From Octopus sinensis (Eukaryota), in NCBI RefSeq assembly GCF_006345805.1, contig NC_043021.1, positions 3,410,001 to 3,474,000 on the forward strand: 64,000 bases of DNA, in the 5' to 3' direction. Within the stretch, counting starts at the first letter, position 1, and each line of letters begins with the position of its first letter. The position numbers and the translations under genes are program-made. This document shows positions 49,094 to 61,925 of the stretch, in pieces. The notes under the pieces were generated by a model. That model saw only the letters and a list, made by a program, of their open reading frames with translations, searched no databases and was not told the DNA's origin.

Positions 49094-49450
49094 GTGGTAA
49101 GTAGCTTGCTAACCAACCACATGGTTCCGGGTTCAGTCCCACTGCGTGGCATCTTGGGCAAGTGTCTTCTGCTATAGCCCCGAGCCGACCAATGCCTTGT
49201 GAGTGGATTTGGTAGACGGAAACTGAAAGAAGCCTGTCGTATATATGTGTATGTGTGTGTGTTTGTCCCCCTAGCATTGCTTGACGACTGATGCTGGTGT
49301 GTTTACGTCCCCATCACATAGCGGTTCGGCAAAAGAGACCGATAGAATAAGTACTAGGCTTACAAAGAATAAGTCCCGGGGTCGATTTGCTTGACTAAAG
49401 GCGGTGCCCCAGCATGGCCGCAGTCAAAAGACTGAAACAAGTAAAAGAGT
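49094..49450 (+). mobile_element. SINE family A, 5'-truncated copy nested in an older related SINE
   Basis: Starts at GTGGTAAGTAGC and is flanked by a ~79-bp direct repeat (49015-49093 / 49451-49531). Confidence 0.8.
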
Positions 49451-49878
49451 ATATGTGTGTGTGTCTTTGTCCCCCATTCACTGCCTAGGGAACTAGTTTT
49501 GGTGTGCTCATGTCTTCATAACTTAGCAGTTCAGCAAAAGAAATAGATAAAATAAGTACCAGACTTACAAACAAAAGTACTGTGATTGATTCATTTGACT
49601 AAAAATTCCTCAAGGCAGTGCCCCAGCATGGCCACAGTCCACTGACTGAAACGAGTAAAATCTGTCTGACCCAGTCAAGCATAAATATGAGAAACATTAA
49701 AACAACGGCAGTGGCAGGAATTTCATCTGACTGTAAAATCTTACCCCAGAATAACTCCCTATTCGACCCTAGGCTTCCATGGGAAAGCAAACATGAAAAT
49801 AAGTGAACAAACAAACAAACAAAAAAAAAAGTCATTTTTAAGGAAAAAGCATTTAATAACCAAACTTGAATATTTGTT

Positions 49879-50099
49879 TTAATACTTGGTTTTATGCCGA
49901 CGGTGATTGTAGAATTTATAAAGATATTTAATTCTCTTTCGTAATTTGTGATGTTTCGTTGGATAATAAAACCTCAAATGATGACCTTCGTATTTAATTT
50001 GACGTATCAATCGTTGCATCTCGTTTCCCTTGAATCCTTTCAACCAGGGTGGACCTTGGATCAAATCCTTTGGAGTGACTTTGCCATCACCGAGTATAT
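49879..50099 (-). CDS. MRPL51: mL51 coding exon 3
   Basis: CCTTAG|AT acceptor. DILGDGKVTPKDLIQGPPWLKGFKGNEMQRLIRQ...HKLRKRIKYLYKFYN aligns by eye with human mL51 ([34 protein letters not shown]...HNLNKRIRYLYKHFN). Total 247+111+221 nt = 192 aa. Confidence 0.93.
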
Positions 50100-51582
50100 C
50101 TAAGGACAAAAAAAAAGTCAAAAACTGTATCAAAATACATGCACAGAGACATACAAAGAAAGTTTATTATGTTTAACCCCAGGCCAGCACTGATCATAGA
50201 CACCTATTGCTCAAAAGCAGTGCTCTGCAACCTTTTTTACACTTGCAGTACACTTATGTCCTTTTCAAAATTCAGTTGCACACCTGAACAAGAGTATAAC
50301 TAAAAGCATAAGGAAAAAAATTACATTCAGGTTACATTGTGACACCCCTGACATCGTCTCGTGGCACACCAGTGTGCCATGGCATACCGGGTATGGAGCA
50401 CTGCTCAAGAGGATCATCACATCTTATGAGATACAGAAGTGTACATTAACTAATGCATCCTTTATATTTATTAAAGCTGAAGTGAGTATAGGGAGATTTG
50501 GCTGCTTTTTCTACTAAGTTGAGTGACCAATTAGAGGTTCACTCATATATGTTTTGGAGGCAATTGTATCTCATCCCAAGACATGATACCTTTGAATGCT
50601 TATTCAACTTGCAGAGCCAAGTTCAAAGACTGCTGGTTTGAAGAAGCTGCAAAGCGGTCTTCATCTGTAGTGGGAGAAGTTTGATACGTGGTCCTTTGCT
50701 ATTCGTAAGACCCACAGAAGAGAAAGCAGGTCAACCCCTGACACCAAGAGCATCGAAGGATGGATGAATGTGCATCCAGGCTCAGCGGTTGCGTAGGAAG
50801 TCGGGGACAAGAAACAGGAAGAAAGAGTGAGAGAAAGATGGAGCGAAAGAGTACAACAGGAGTCGCCACCCCCCACCACCCTGCAGGAGCCTTGTGGAGC
50901 TTTAGGTGTTTTCGCTCAATAAACACACACAACGCCCAGTCTGGGAATCGAAACCGCGATCCTCCAACCGCGAGTCCGCTGCCCTAACAACTGGGCCATT
51001 GCACCTCCACTGAAGAAGCTCTTTCAGACTAGTGTTCTCTGTGTCTTTGTATATTTTGCTATTGGATTCAGCTTCTGGTTCTGATCACAGGCCATATTTG
51101 GCAGCTTATGTGTAACACTATATCTACCATCAACATCAGCAGGAGGAAGATATCTTAATGAACTATGGCGGATTTCACAATTCTGAACAGTTAAATTCAC
51201 ATCCTCCATTGGTATAGTGTACAGCTTATATTGATAAGTCCCTTAACACCCTGCGGGTCATTGAGGTGTTGCAGCCATGCAGCGTATCTTGGGCAAGAAA
51301 GCCTGGCAGGGGCCATCCCTCACCAGGCTAAGCTTATTTCTACAGCTGAGTGGACTGGAGCAACATGAAATGAAGTGCTTTGCTCAAGAGCACAACACAT
51401 CACCTGGTCCAGGAATTGAAACCACAATCTTAGGTTTGTGAGTCCAACACACTAACCACTAAGTCACGTACCTCCACACAGCTTATATGACAGCTACCAA
51501 AAACTAAATTGTGACCAAAATAAGAAAAAATACCAATTAAGCACATAAACAGAGGAATATTCATCATCATCTTTTAATGTCC

Positions 51583-52216
51583 ACGCCAATGCCAGCGCCG
51601 CCTCGACTGGCTTCCGTGTCGGTGGCACGTAAAAAGCACCATCCGAATCGTGGCCGAAGCCAGTGCCGCCCTGACTGGCTTCCGTGCCGGTGGCACATAA
51701 AATGCACCAATCCGACCGTGGCCGATGCCAGCCTTGCCAGGCACCAGTGCAGGTGGCACGTAAAAAGCACCCACTACACTCACGGAGTGGTTGGCGTTAG
51801 GAAGGGCATCCAGCTGTAGAAACATTGCCAGATAAGACCGGAGCCTGGTGCAGCCTTCTGGCTTCCCAGATCTCCGGTCGAACCGTCCAACCCATGCTAG
51901 CATGGAGAACGGACGTTAAACGATGATGATGATGATGATGATTTTCCATGCTTGCATGGGTTAGCGGGATTTTACTGAGGCAGAATTCTATGGCCAGGTA
52001 CTCTTGTGGCCTGTGACATGTAAAAGGCACCCACTAAACTCTGTGGAGTGATTGGTATTAGGAAGGGCATCCAGCTGTAGAAACCGAGTCAAAACAGACT
52101 GGGGCTTCGTGCAATTTTCCAGTTTACCAGTTCCAGTCAAACTGTCTAACCCATGCCAGCATGGAAAACAGATTCTAAATGATGATGATGATGATGACAG
52201 TGCCAATGATGATGAT
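51583..52216 (+). mobile_element. Two RTE 3'-end copies (51583-51942 young; ~52020-52216 older) in MRPL51 intron 2
   Basis: Each has TTAGGAAGGGCATCC and a (GAT)n tail. Confidence 0.8.
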
Positions 52217-52240
52217 GAAGGTAAGAAAATCATTATTTAC

Positions 52241-52351
52241 CAATATAATCATTTTGTCCAAACAAAGCCTTCTTTTTTACCCAGTTTTCTGGAACTTTAT
52301 AGGCTTTCAGTGATCGCAATGGATTATCAGTATCGGGGCGAGGTAGAAGTC
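52241..52351 (-). CDS. MRPL51: mL51 coding exon 2
   Basis: GCAG|GA...ATTG|GTAAAT, 111 nt, phase 1-1. Encodes GLLPRPDTDNPLRSLKAYKVPENWVKKKALFGQNDYI, the conserved W..K.A.FG..D.I motif of mL51. Not present in the supplied ORF track. Confidence 0.9.
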
Positions 52352-52796
52352 CTGCAAATCAGATATAGTGAAAGAATGAAAAAAAAAAAAAAACATAAAA
52401 AACAAATCTTTTTTGTTCTATTCACAGCAAACAGTAAACAAAAATAAATTACATATTTTTACATAGCATAAGGTCAAAGGCCAAAAAGTCTCCCAATGTG
52501 AAGTTGTGACTGAATCACGACTTCACATTGGGATGTCACAGTCCTGGTATTATAGAATGTTGCAGGAGAGAATCACAAGGTGGATTCTTCAAGCCAAGCC
52601 AACTGGCAGAAGAACCAGGAGTAGACTAAGAAGAAGGCTGTGTGGTAAGAAGCTTTCTTCCCAACCACATGGTTCCAGGTTCAGTTCCATTGCATAGCAC
52701 CTTGGGCAAGTTTTCTTCTATTATAACCTCAGGCTGGCCAAAGTTTACTGAGTGGATTTGGTAGGCAGGAACAGAAAAACAACCTGTGTGTGTATA

Positions 52797-53220
52797 CAAG
52801 GTGTGATGGGTAAATTATCACCATTTCATAATTTTGATTTCACGCATGTGCATTGTTTGTTTTTGCTTATACTATACTACACAGTATCGTAGGGTCAGTT
52901 GGGCACTGTCTGTGAGAAAAACAGCACCATGACACAATTCACTCTGCCAGAAATTTGGAAATGACATGCTGTATTACTTGGCACCAGAAGCTCCAATACA
53001 AACATTTCAGAGTGTTTGGGTGTCAATCTGAGGACAGCGCAGGGGATTCAGAAAGAATTTGGATGAATCTAATGGTAATTACGAAGGTACAGCAGCTCAA
53101 AAAACTCACTCTGATCATTCTGATAAGAAAAGAACTCCTGAATTTGTTGGTGAGATCCAGGCCATGATTGACAACGATCCCTCCAAGTCAATCAGGTTCA
53201 TGAAAGTGTCTGAGTTTCAG
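52797..53220 (+). mobile_element. 5' fragment of a Tc1/mariner-superfamily element (TIR + N-terminal HTH)
   Basis: TA|CAAGGTGTGATGGGTAAA end; frameshifted ISECLGVNLRT...KRTPEFVGEIQAMIDNDPSKSIR, typical of a mariner-like DNA-binding region. Confidence 0.6.
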
Positions 53221-53789
53221 AATTATCCAACGGAATATATCTTTGAATTCTTATCTTATGAGAACATTACTGGATTTATATATTAACTGTTGAATAACCT
53301 ATTTTGAACCCCTAACTTAGAGCAAACTGGTAATCGTTTTGGGGTAGTCCCTTACTATTTACGAATATACGTTTTATGTGTATGCGTCTTTGTGGTTGTC
53401 TCCCACCAGTTGACAACTGATGTTAGTTTATTTGTATTATCAAAGTTTTCAGTTGGACAAAAAGAAACCAGACTTTAATCCTTTAGCATTTAAACCAGCC
53501 ATATCCAGCCAAAAGTATTCTGCCTGTTTCATGTTCAAACTGGCCAGATCTGGTCTCTCACACCAACCCTACAATGTCGTCTTAAAAATTAACAGCTACC
53601 TCATCAAAATCTCATAGCACCAAGATAATGCCTGATTAGTTCAAAACAATGTGGATAAAAAAAGGATTAATTTTGGCAGAATAATGCGAACACTAAATGG
53701 TTAAAATATTTCCAAAGCTCTTTAAGACTCTGCCCTGGCATGGCAGCAGTTCAATAACCAAAACAAGTAAAAGAATAAAAGAATCTTAC

Positions 53790-54036
53790 CTCCAGTAAAA
53801 TATTTCGTTTCATAACCATAGCGTTTCCTTCTTGGACTTTTATATGATTTATTTGTAGCAGAATCTGTATTCCATACTTCCGTAGAATATGCTGTCTGTT
53901 GAATAGCAGTCTTGCTGATTGGAACTTTCAGAATACTACAACATTTAGATACAGAAGTCTCTTGGGTCAGCAGAGGTGTCTGAGTGAAGAACCTGGCCAA
54001 ATTTAGCCCATTTTTCCTTATCAGTGAAAGTAGCAT
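53790..54036 (-). CDS. MRPL51: Mitochondrial ribosomal protein mL51, coding exon 1 (presequence-like N-terminus)
   Basis: ATG at 54036; MLLSLIRKNGLNLARFF... is basic and poor in acidic residues, like a mitochondrial targeting peptide. It ends ...RYGYETKYFTG at a phase-1 donor G|GTAAGA. A 3' splice site (T-tract+AG, 54068-54069) lies 31 nt upstream of the ATG. Confidence 0.85.
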
Positions 54037-55259
54037 TCTCTCATAAAATTATCCACGAAGATATTTACTAAAAAAAGTAAAAAAAAAAATTTTTTAAATC
54101 ATACAAACATACATGCAATCATAAAGCTGCATAACAAGATGCAGAAAACAGTATCCGAATGCTAAAGATAAAGTAAAACAGTGTTTTATTGAAGCTGGAA
54201 AGACTTCACAAACTGTCTGATGATCAGTTATGTGAAACATTTTTTGAAGTTTTTACAGCTTCAATATTCACTGGCTGTCTGCATTAGGTCTGTGTTCACT
54301 GTTCTGTTCAGAAATCATCTCTGGCAGGCCCTCATGTGGGCTACAAGGCCTGCTCTTGATCTGAGGCAGCAATAACATCTGCTGCAGAAAAATTTTTTTG
54401 ATGCAATCGAGAAGTGATACCTCTCATGTCTACTTACGTATGCTCCTCAATGGCTGTAATTAAGAGCTTCAGCAATTGGTGTTATTCACCATGTGGCAGG
54501 GCCTGTCTCTCCCAGGGGAATGGGGAATTGCCAAAGATTTTTGTATGTCCCTTTAGCACATCCCTGTTCACAACCTCTGGGTACCATGGCTCCTATGCTG
54601 ACACAGTTCAGTGTAGAAAACTGCCCTTGGAAACCTGCTGTCTTCCATCCTGCAAGCAAGACCCACCTAGTGCAGCTGCAATGAGGTAACAAGGTCCTCC
54701 ACACTAACTACCCTAGTGTGGTGCAAGACCTCTGCATCAGGAACAGAATCCCACCATCTAATATCTAAGATGGAGCGCAGATAATGAAGTTGGACTTGCA
54801 TCAGGGCTTGTGGTAGAAGGTCAAGCATTCTGTGGCAGAGGCAAGAGAGAGAGAGAGAGAGCTATGACACTGTCCAGATTTATCTTCATGTTGTGGGTAA
54901 TGTCATGCAGCTCCCAAAACACTCATCATCAGTTATATATATATATATATTACTAGGCATCCTCAGTCTCAAGAGACCATGGATCGGCGCCCAAAGAAAT
55001 TGTGTCAGCTGCTGATAGTAGTACAGCAGCTACTGCAGCTGTAGAGGCCCACACAAGAGTGGCAGTCATGCATACTTCAAGAGATATGAAAATATATATG
55101 TGTGTGTGTGTGTATGGTTAAGAAGCTTGCCTGGCAACCATGAGGTTTTGGGTTCAGCCCCACTGCATATCACCTTGGGAAAGTGTCTTCTACTATAGTC
55201 CCATACTAACCAAAGCCTTGTGAGTGGACTTGATAAACATTAACTGTGTAGAAGCCCAT

Positions 55260-55300
<41 letters not shown>

Positions 55301-55390
55301 AATTAGGATAAAATTTTTTTCTAAAAAAATTTTTTTCCAATTTTTCGGCATATTTGGCATTAGAAATTTTTTCGTTTGCCCTTATTTATG

Positions 55391-55430
<40 letters not shown>

Positions 55431-56825
55431 GTAGTGTGTGTATATATGTAGTAAAATCAATAAAAAGAGTATTGTGTAAACTTTCTATAAGTTAAAAAGA
55501 CTGGATGGAGGACGTAAAACTCTGCGGTCTTTCATATTTTTCCCTCAAGAAGGACACTGTCCGAAATATTGGATTTCCTCATTGCAAGTTAACTGTATTC
55601 CTTTTATCAATTTTACTACAGAAGAGTTGCCAATGCAGACCAACACCAGCCTCTTTGGAGTCTGTTTTATCATATATCTTTTACATATTTCAATCATTAG
55701 ACTGCGGCCATGCTGGGGCACTGCTTTGAAGAATTTTTAGTCGAATGAATTGACCCTAGTACTTATTTTTTAAAACCCTGGTAGTTATTCTATTGGTCTC
55801 TTTTGCTAACCTGCCAAGTTACAGGGGTCATAAACACACCAACACCAGTTGTCAAATGGTGGCAGGGGACATACACATAGGTACATTATATATATGATGG
55901 GCTTCTTTCAGTTTCCATCTCCCAAAATCCAATCACAAGGCTTTGGTTGGCCTGAGGCTGTAGAAGATACTTGCCCAAAGTACAGATATAGAGATATATG
56001 TGTGTTTGTGTGCCTGTATTTGTTCATCATTGCTTGACAACCAGTGTTGGATTGTCCACATCCATGTAACTTAGCAGTTAAGCAGGAGGGTCCCTCAAAA
56101 GTGCTGCAACGGACCGGCATCCCGTTCAGGGGAATGATGTGATCTTGGTCACTTATAAGCAATGGAAACCGAATCACCGATATTATGAGCTCTAGAAAAA
56201 TAATAATGATTTCAAATTTTGGCACAAGACAAGCAAGTTCGTGGGGGAGTGGGTAAGTTGATTTGATCGGTCCCAGTGCTTGACTGGTACTTATTTTATC
56301 GACCCCGAAAGGATGAAAATCAAAGTCGACCTTGGCGGAATTTGAACTCACAACGTGAAGACGGAGACAAAATGCTGCTAAGCATTTATCCCGCCGTACT
56401 AACGATTCTGCCAGCTCGCAGCCTTTCCTAGAAAAATAATTAAAGAAAATAAAATAATCTCTCTCTAAACAAGACCTACCATCTTAAACCAAGGACATAC
56501 AGGCAATCTTTCGCCGACACATAACGAATAATGAAGTTTTAGAAACATCGTCTGAGAACAATGAATACATTGGATGGTCATGGCTGGAACGCTTTAATAA
56601 TAGGCCGGTAGGACTGTTTGATGAGGGTTAAGCAACACCAGCAACTCCAGGAGACTTCTTCTCATTAAGGAAAGGTCAACCAACTCAATAGGAATCCAGT
56701 GAATAGAGTGATGTGCTGTAAATATATATATCTTAATTCTGATCGTTATTTCAATACGGTATCAAGATATCTCCAATAAAAAAAAACGAACAATACACTT
56801 ATTATATATATATATATATATCTCC

Positions 56826-57107
56826 ACTTACCCGAAGGTTGATCAATGCTTGAAATATAAAAATCTATTAAAAACGTGTTTTATAAGCAGAAAACATCTT
56901 TTTTTATACAGAGCTAGCCACAGTTAACGATTCCAATCCGTTTAACTGCAGCCGGAAGCTTCGTAGTAGTTTCGGTTTGTTTCGTCTGGATTAATTTATC
57001 GCTTAGTTTGCGCTATCAACCTCTAAAACTGATCTGAAAAGAAAAGTAAGAGAAAATTGAACCTCATCGATACAGATCCGACTTAGTCTTTGATATTTTA
57101 GGTGAGT
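56826..57107. promoter_or_regulatory. Candidate bidirectional promoter: non-coding first exon of MRPL51 (-) and first exon of an unidentified + strand gene
   Basis: Minus-strand donor CGG|GTAAGT at 56826-56831, ETS/GABP-type CCGGAAG at 56952-56958, and plus-strand donors GTAAGA (57046) and AG|GTGAGT (57102). Locally CpG-rich. Confidence 0.45.
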
Positions 57108-57517
57108 TTGGGGTCTTTTTTGCCCCCTCTTTTTTTAAATTAAAAATCTTTGCTTTCTTCAGATGTGTGTTTGCTCTTTGCACATTTTATATGCAAATCC
57201 TTTTTTACGTTTATAGGTTTTGTCTTCTTAAAAGAGTTTCCTTATTTTTGTCTAATTGATTCCTTTGCAATGCACACAACAGACACACACAAAGCCTTTT
57301 GCCTTAGATGTTTTATTATTACCAAGGCTTGTTGGATAGAATGATGTTATTATTATTATTATATGATGTTCGTGGTTTGAGAAATAGAAAAAAACATGGA
57401 CAATAACGAAAATGACTACAGAACAGGATCGAAGTATCTTTTTTTTTTTATTATAGTTAATGTACTTTAAGGCGAATTCCTCCCTTCACTAAACACCGCT
57501 CTCTCTATACATACCTG

Positions 57518-57559
<42 letters not shown>

Positions 57560-57608
57560 CATACACACACATATATATATACACACACACACACATATAT
57601 ATATACAT

Positions 57609-57639
<31 letters not shown>

Positions 57640-57832
57640 CATACACACACATATATATATATGTCCAATAAAACTTATTTGTTGAAAAGGTTGTCTTATA
57701 CATGCTAACACATGAAAATATTTCAAATATTTGTATAAATTATAAATGTAAGGCTATATATATATAAATATATAAAGGCGGTGCTCCAGCATGGCCGCAG
57801 TCAAATGACTGAAACAAGTAAAAGAGTAAAGA

Positions 57833-57864
<32 letters not shown>

Positions 57865-58016
57865 TTGGGATTTGGTTTGCAAGATTTTTTATATGAGTTG
57901 GTGTGTTGAAGCATATTCTGTTGTGTCTGGGGAGAGTCATTTGTGTTTTTGTGCCTTATAATGTAATGGGAATTTTACCGGTCACAAAAAGAAAATGACT
58001 CTCCCCAGACACAACA

Positions 58017-58055
<39 letters not shown>

Positions 58056-58222
58056 GGCGTGTTTTTCGTATGTAACAGTCGAATGTAAATCGAAGGATCA
58101 CCGAATACGTTTCATTAAAGTATTCTGTTTCTTTTTACTAGGGAAAGGTTAATAGTTATCTCGTAGTTTCTGTTTTGTTGCCTTCGCAGTAAATGTCAAC
58201 CTTTTCACCTGTAAAAACTATA

Positions 58223-58255
<33 letters not shown>

Positions 58256-58772
58256 GTGTGTGTGTGTTGTTTGTATTAGGAGATAAATACACGACATTTA
58301 TTTTTTATTGCAAGATGTAATTAAATCAAGTTTGTCTCGTCTTTCTAGTGTGCAAAGATCAGTCGGTAAAGTAAATTTTTTAAAAATTCATGAGTATTTA
58401 AGATTATTTAGTTATTTCAACGACAGCAATTAATGACTGCGTTATTAAATTTTTACAATGACTCATTAGAAAACATTATGATCTAAATAGTTTGTTTTTT
58501 TATTCGTCTTTGAAAGTAAAAAACCAAATTTTTTTTCAAATTAGGACAATCATCGGATGTTAGTGAAAATTGAAATAAATTACGTTATTGTCTCCCTTTA
58601 GTGCAAATCTACCAAAAACGCTGTTGTCTCCCTTCGTGGTGGGGTTAAAAGAAAGGGAAACGAAACCCCTTGACCGGAGCGCGTTCTGTGGCTGCCCTTC
58701 AATTTTAACGGTTATCTCATGTAATTCATGTAGATAAGGCCTTAGTTAAAAGCTAAAATGAATAAATCAGCC

Positions 58773-59173
58773 GGATCTTTTCGGTTTGACTGGCAGTTTT
58801 TTAAAATAATTTCCACGTAACTAAACACTTTTAAACTGGTAGAATGTGTTTATAAAACATCTTTCTCTCTTGGCTTTATTGAGAAAATTCTATAGTTTGT
58901 AAGATATTTGTTGGGTTTTTTTTTTCTGCAATTTCAACCAATCAATGACGTCTATTGAGGTGAAAACATTCTGTGCCGTATCAATATGTCCCTCGTTTAA
59001 GAAACAGATTGGGTTTATTTACATTTCTGAAGAAAAAAAAAAAGATACCCTTTCCCTTAACCCTAACCCTAAAACAGATTGAAATGCAATAGATCGATTC
59101 TAGGGTCATAATTATGGGTGACAGTTTCATATGACACCGCTAGAAAACACTGCCGTTTAAACCGAAAAGATCC
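58773..59173. mobile_element. TIR element (GGATCTTTTCGGTTT) containing TAACCC repeats, flanked by a 24-bp direct repeat
   Basis: Perfect 15-bp TIR at 58773-58787 / 59159-59173; flanking repeats 58749-58772 and 59174-59197 are 22/24 identical. A diverged inverted relative lies at ~4130-4665. Confidence 0.75.
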
Positions 59174-59337
59174 AAAGCTTAAATAAATAAATCAGCCAAT
59201 ATGTGTTTCCAAGTGACTGGGGGTTATTGATGATTTTCCTAGGGTACAAACGCGGAGCCAGCATTTGTATAGAATAGAATCTGAAATTGGTAATTTTCTA
59301 TACGACATTCGTAAAATCGAATTTGTTTTAGCTTCAA

Positions 59338-59704
59338 CTAGCAGTATCGCCCGGCGTTGCTCGGGTTTTTAAGGGATTTAACTATATAAGCATTATTAGC
59401 GATGTAAAGTATAATAGCCATCTCAATATGGCTAACCACAAGGGGGGGGGGTGTTACTGTAGCTTTTTACGTTCAGAGATTTAATAATAAATTTTTAGAG
59501 AGTCACTTCCCTTATATATGCCAAAAATGGATTAAAAATGGGAAAAATTGATGGTAAATTTTTTTAAAATCGTAGACGCGCGCTAATACCCAGAAGGGCT
59601 CGATATGAATCACGACTTGGTTAAACTGCACTGCAAAATGTGGGAGTAGTTAGGAATCTAAATCGTAGGAGACAGACACACAACTTCACTTTTATATATA
59701 AAGA
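59338..59704 (-). mobile_element. Non-autonomous Helitron, variant interior
   Basis: Reverse complement of the same termini; part of the interior (~59400-59490) differs from the + copies. Confidence 0.85.
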
Positions 59705-59854
59705 TTTCCTTTCAACTTGATTAGCATGTCTCATGGACGCCCTACTGCTCCTCCTCGTTGTATTGGTAAATCACAACGAAATACTTACAGATCAGCAGAT
59801 AATCAATGAAGGGCATACAATTACTGGCTGGATCTTTGTCAGATTCAACGACTT

Positions 59855-60067
59855 ACTCTTTTTACTCTTTTACTTGTTTCAGTCATTTGATTGCGGCCAT
59901 GCTGGAGCACCGCCTTTTAGTCAAGCAACTCGACCCCGGGACTTATTCTTTTTGTAAGCCCAGTAGTTATTCTATCGGTTCCCCTTTGCCGAACCGCTAA
60001 GTGACGGGGACGTAAACACACCAGCATCGGTTGTCAAGCAATACTAGCGGGACAAACACACACACGC

Positions 60068-60098
<31 letters not shown>

Positions 60099-60232
60099 CT
60101 TATATACAACGGGCTTCTTTTTCAGTTTCCGTCTACCAAATCCACTCACAAGGCTTTGGTCGGCCCGAGGCTATAGTAGAAGACACTTGCCCAAGGTGCC
60201 ACGCACTGGGACTGAACCCGGAACCATGTGGT
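59855..60232 (-). mobile_element. SINE family A, near-full copy
   Basis: Family A sequence. Confidence 0.8.
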
Positions 60233-61619
60233 TGTGCCCGCCGTGGATTGTTGAAGAATTCTTACATGTTCCTAGGGTGAAGCTATATTTAAAATAAGTC
60301 TTATAGTTTTCCTAACTTTTTACTCGCTGTTCGTAGTGTGACACATAATTTATGAAATGTTTTATTGAAAATAAACTTTTTGGTTCGCTATGATTTTACG
60401 AATATCAAATACGAAATTACTCTGAAATTATTGAATACTCCAACAACATATTTTTTAAGTATCGAAGATTACGAATCTTAAATAATAATAATTAGGAGGC
60501 GGTTTGTTCCCCGTTCCTCTTTCGCGTAGTTTCAGTTATTGACTGTATCCGCAATTTTTTTTTTTCCGAATTCATTTTCAAGAAACATAATCTCAGATGT
60601 TTTAAAACAGGAAAAGATACTGTGTGGTAAGGAGTTTAGTTCCCAAACACATGGTTCCGGGTTCAGTCCCACTGCGTGGCAAGTGTTCTGTCCTATAGCC
60701 TATAACTGATTGACGGAAATTGAAAGAAATATATATGTATTATATATATATATTTTACTTGTTTCACTCATTAGATTGCGGCCATGCTGGAGCACCACAT
60801 CGAAGAAATTTTCAATCGAATGAATCAACTCTCTTATTTTATTTCTTTAAGACTGGTACTTAAGTTATAAGTCGCTTTTGCTGAACTGCTAAGTTACTGG
60901 GGCGTAAACACACCAACACTGGTTGCCAAGTAGTAGTGGAGGACATACACACATAAATGTATAATATATATATATATATATATATATCAATTTACAAGGC
61001 TTTGGTCGACTCGAGGCGATAGCAGAAGACACTTATGGAAGTTGCCATGCAGTGGAACCGAACCTGGAACCATTTGCACACCACCACAATATATATGTGT
61101 GTGTGTCTTTGTGTCTATGTTTGTCCCCTACCACTGCTTGACAACCGGTGTTGGTGTGTTTAAATTCTCATAACCTAGCAGTTTGGCAAAAGAGACCAAT
61201 AGAATAAGTACCAGTACTGGGGTCAACTAGTTCAACCAAAATTCTTCAAGGCGGCACCCCAACATGGCCACAGTTCAATGACTAAAATAAAATAAAAGAT
61301 AAGACAGATAAAGCCACTACAGAAAACCTTCAGAGAATGAGAAAAGACTGCTGTCCCCATCGTTTTCCTTGTAGAGTCATCATCTATGATGCTTAAAATG
61401 TGCAGATTCAAAGAAATTACAATTTTTAGCAACAAGTTCTAGTCTGATTTGGCTTGGTTTCTAAGGCAGGATGCACTACCTAACGCCAACTCCTTTACAA
61501 TTTGTGCTGGGTGCTTTTAACATGGTGACACATGAGAACTTTTATATAGCACCAGGCCGAGTGCTTTTTGCATGGCACTGGCATACAACTCTTGCAGGCC
61601 AATCTTTTTCACCAGGGAG

Positions 61620-61915
61620 AGTGGCCTTAACAGTTCTGCTGTGGAGGATGGGTTTTCTTGAGTACATAAAGGTACCAGGTATCTCAGTCCTTTGTCATCT
61701 TGTCTGAAATGTTCAGCATCCTGAAGTCATCCTCCCGTACTTCGTCCCATGTCTTCCTTGGTCTCCCCTCCTCTACGTTCTAACCTCTTTGAGAGATCAG
61801 CACTTCTTCATTCAGCTGTCTACATCCATCCTCATCACACAATCAAACCAGTGCAGTCTTCTCTCTTGCACACTGCATCTAATTCCTCCTATGCCTAACT
61901 TCTTTCTCAATACAC
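61620..61915 (-). mobile_element. Older RTE ORF 3' fragment
   Basis: Minus strand reads VQERRLHWF...RGRPRKTWDEV, homologous to the C-terminus of the intact ORF, with stops. Confidence 0.75.
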
Positions 61916-61925
61916 TAGTACTCTC

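Noticed and set aside
51024-51209. Protein-like minus-strand ORF (MEDVNLTVQ...) as an extra MRPL51 exon
   Set aside because: MRPL51 exons 2 and 3 join in frame without it, there is no good acceptor, and it is sandwiched between SINEs.
54217-54260. Hammerhead core CTGATGA...GAAAC in the MRPL51 upstream intron
   Set aside because: Stem II lacks the closing pair and stem III is mismatched; at most a decayed or chance motif.
59055-59072. TAACCC repeats as an interstitial telomere
   Set aside because: Only about two units, and they are internal to a TIR element.
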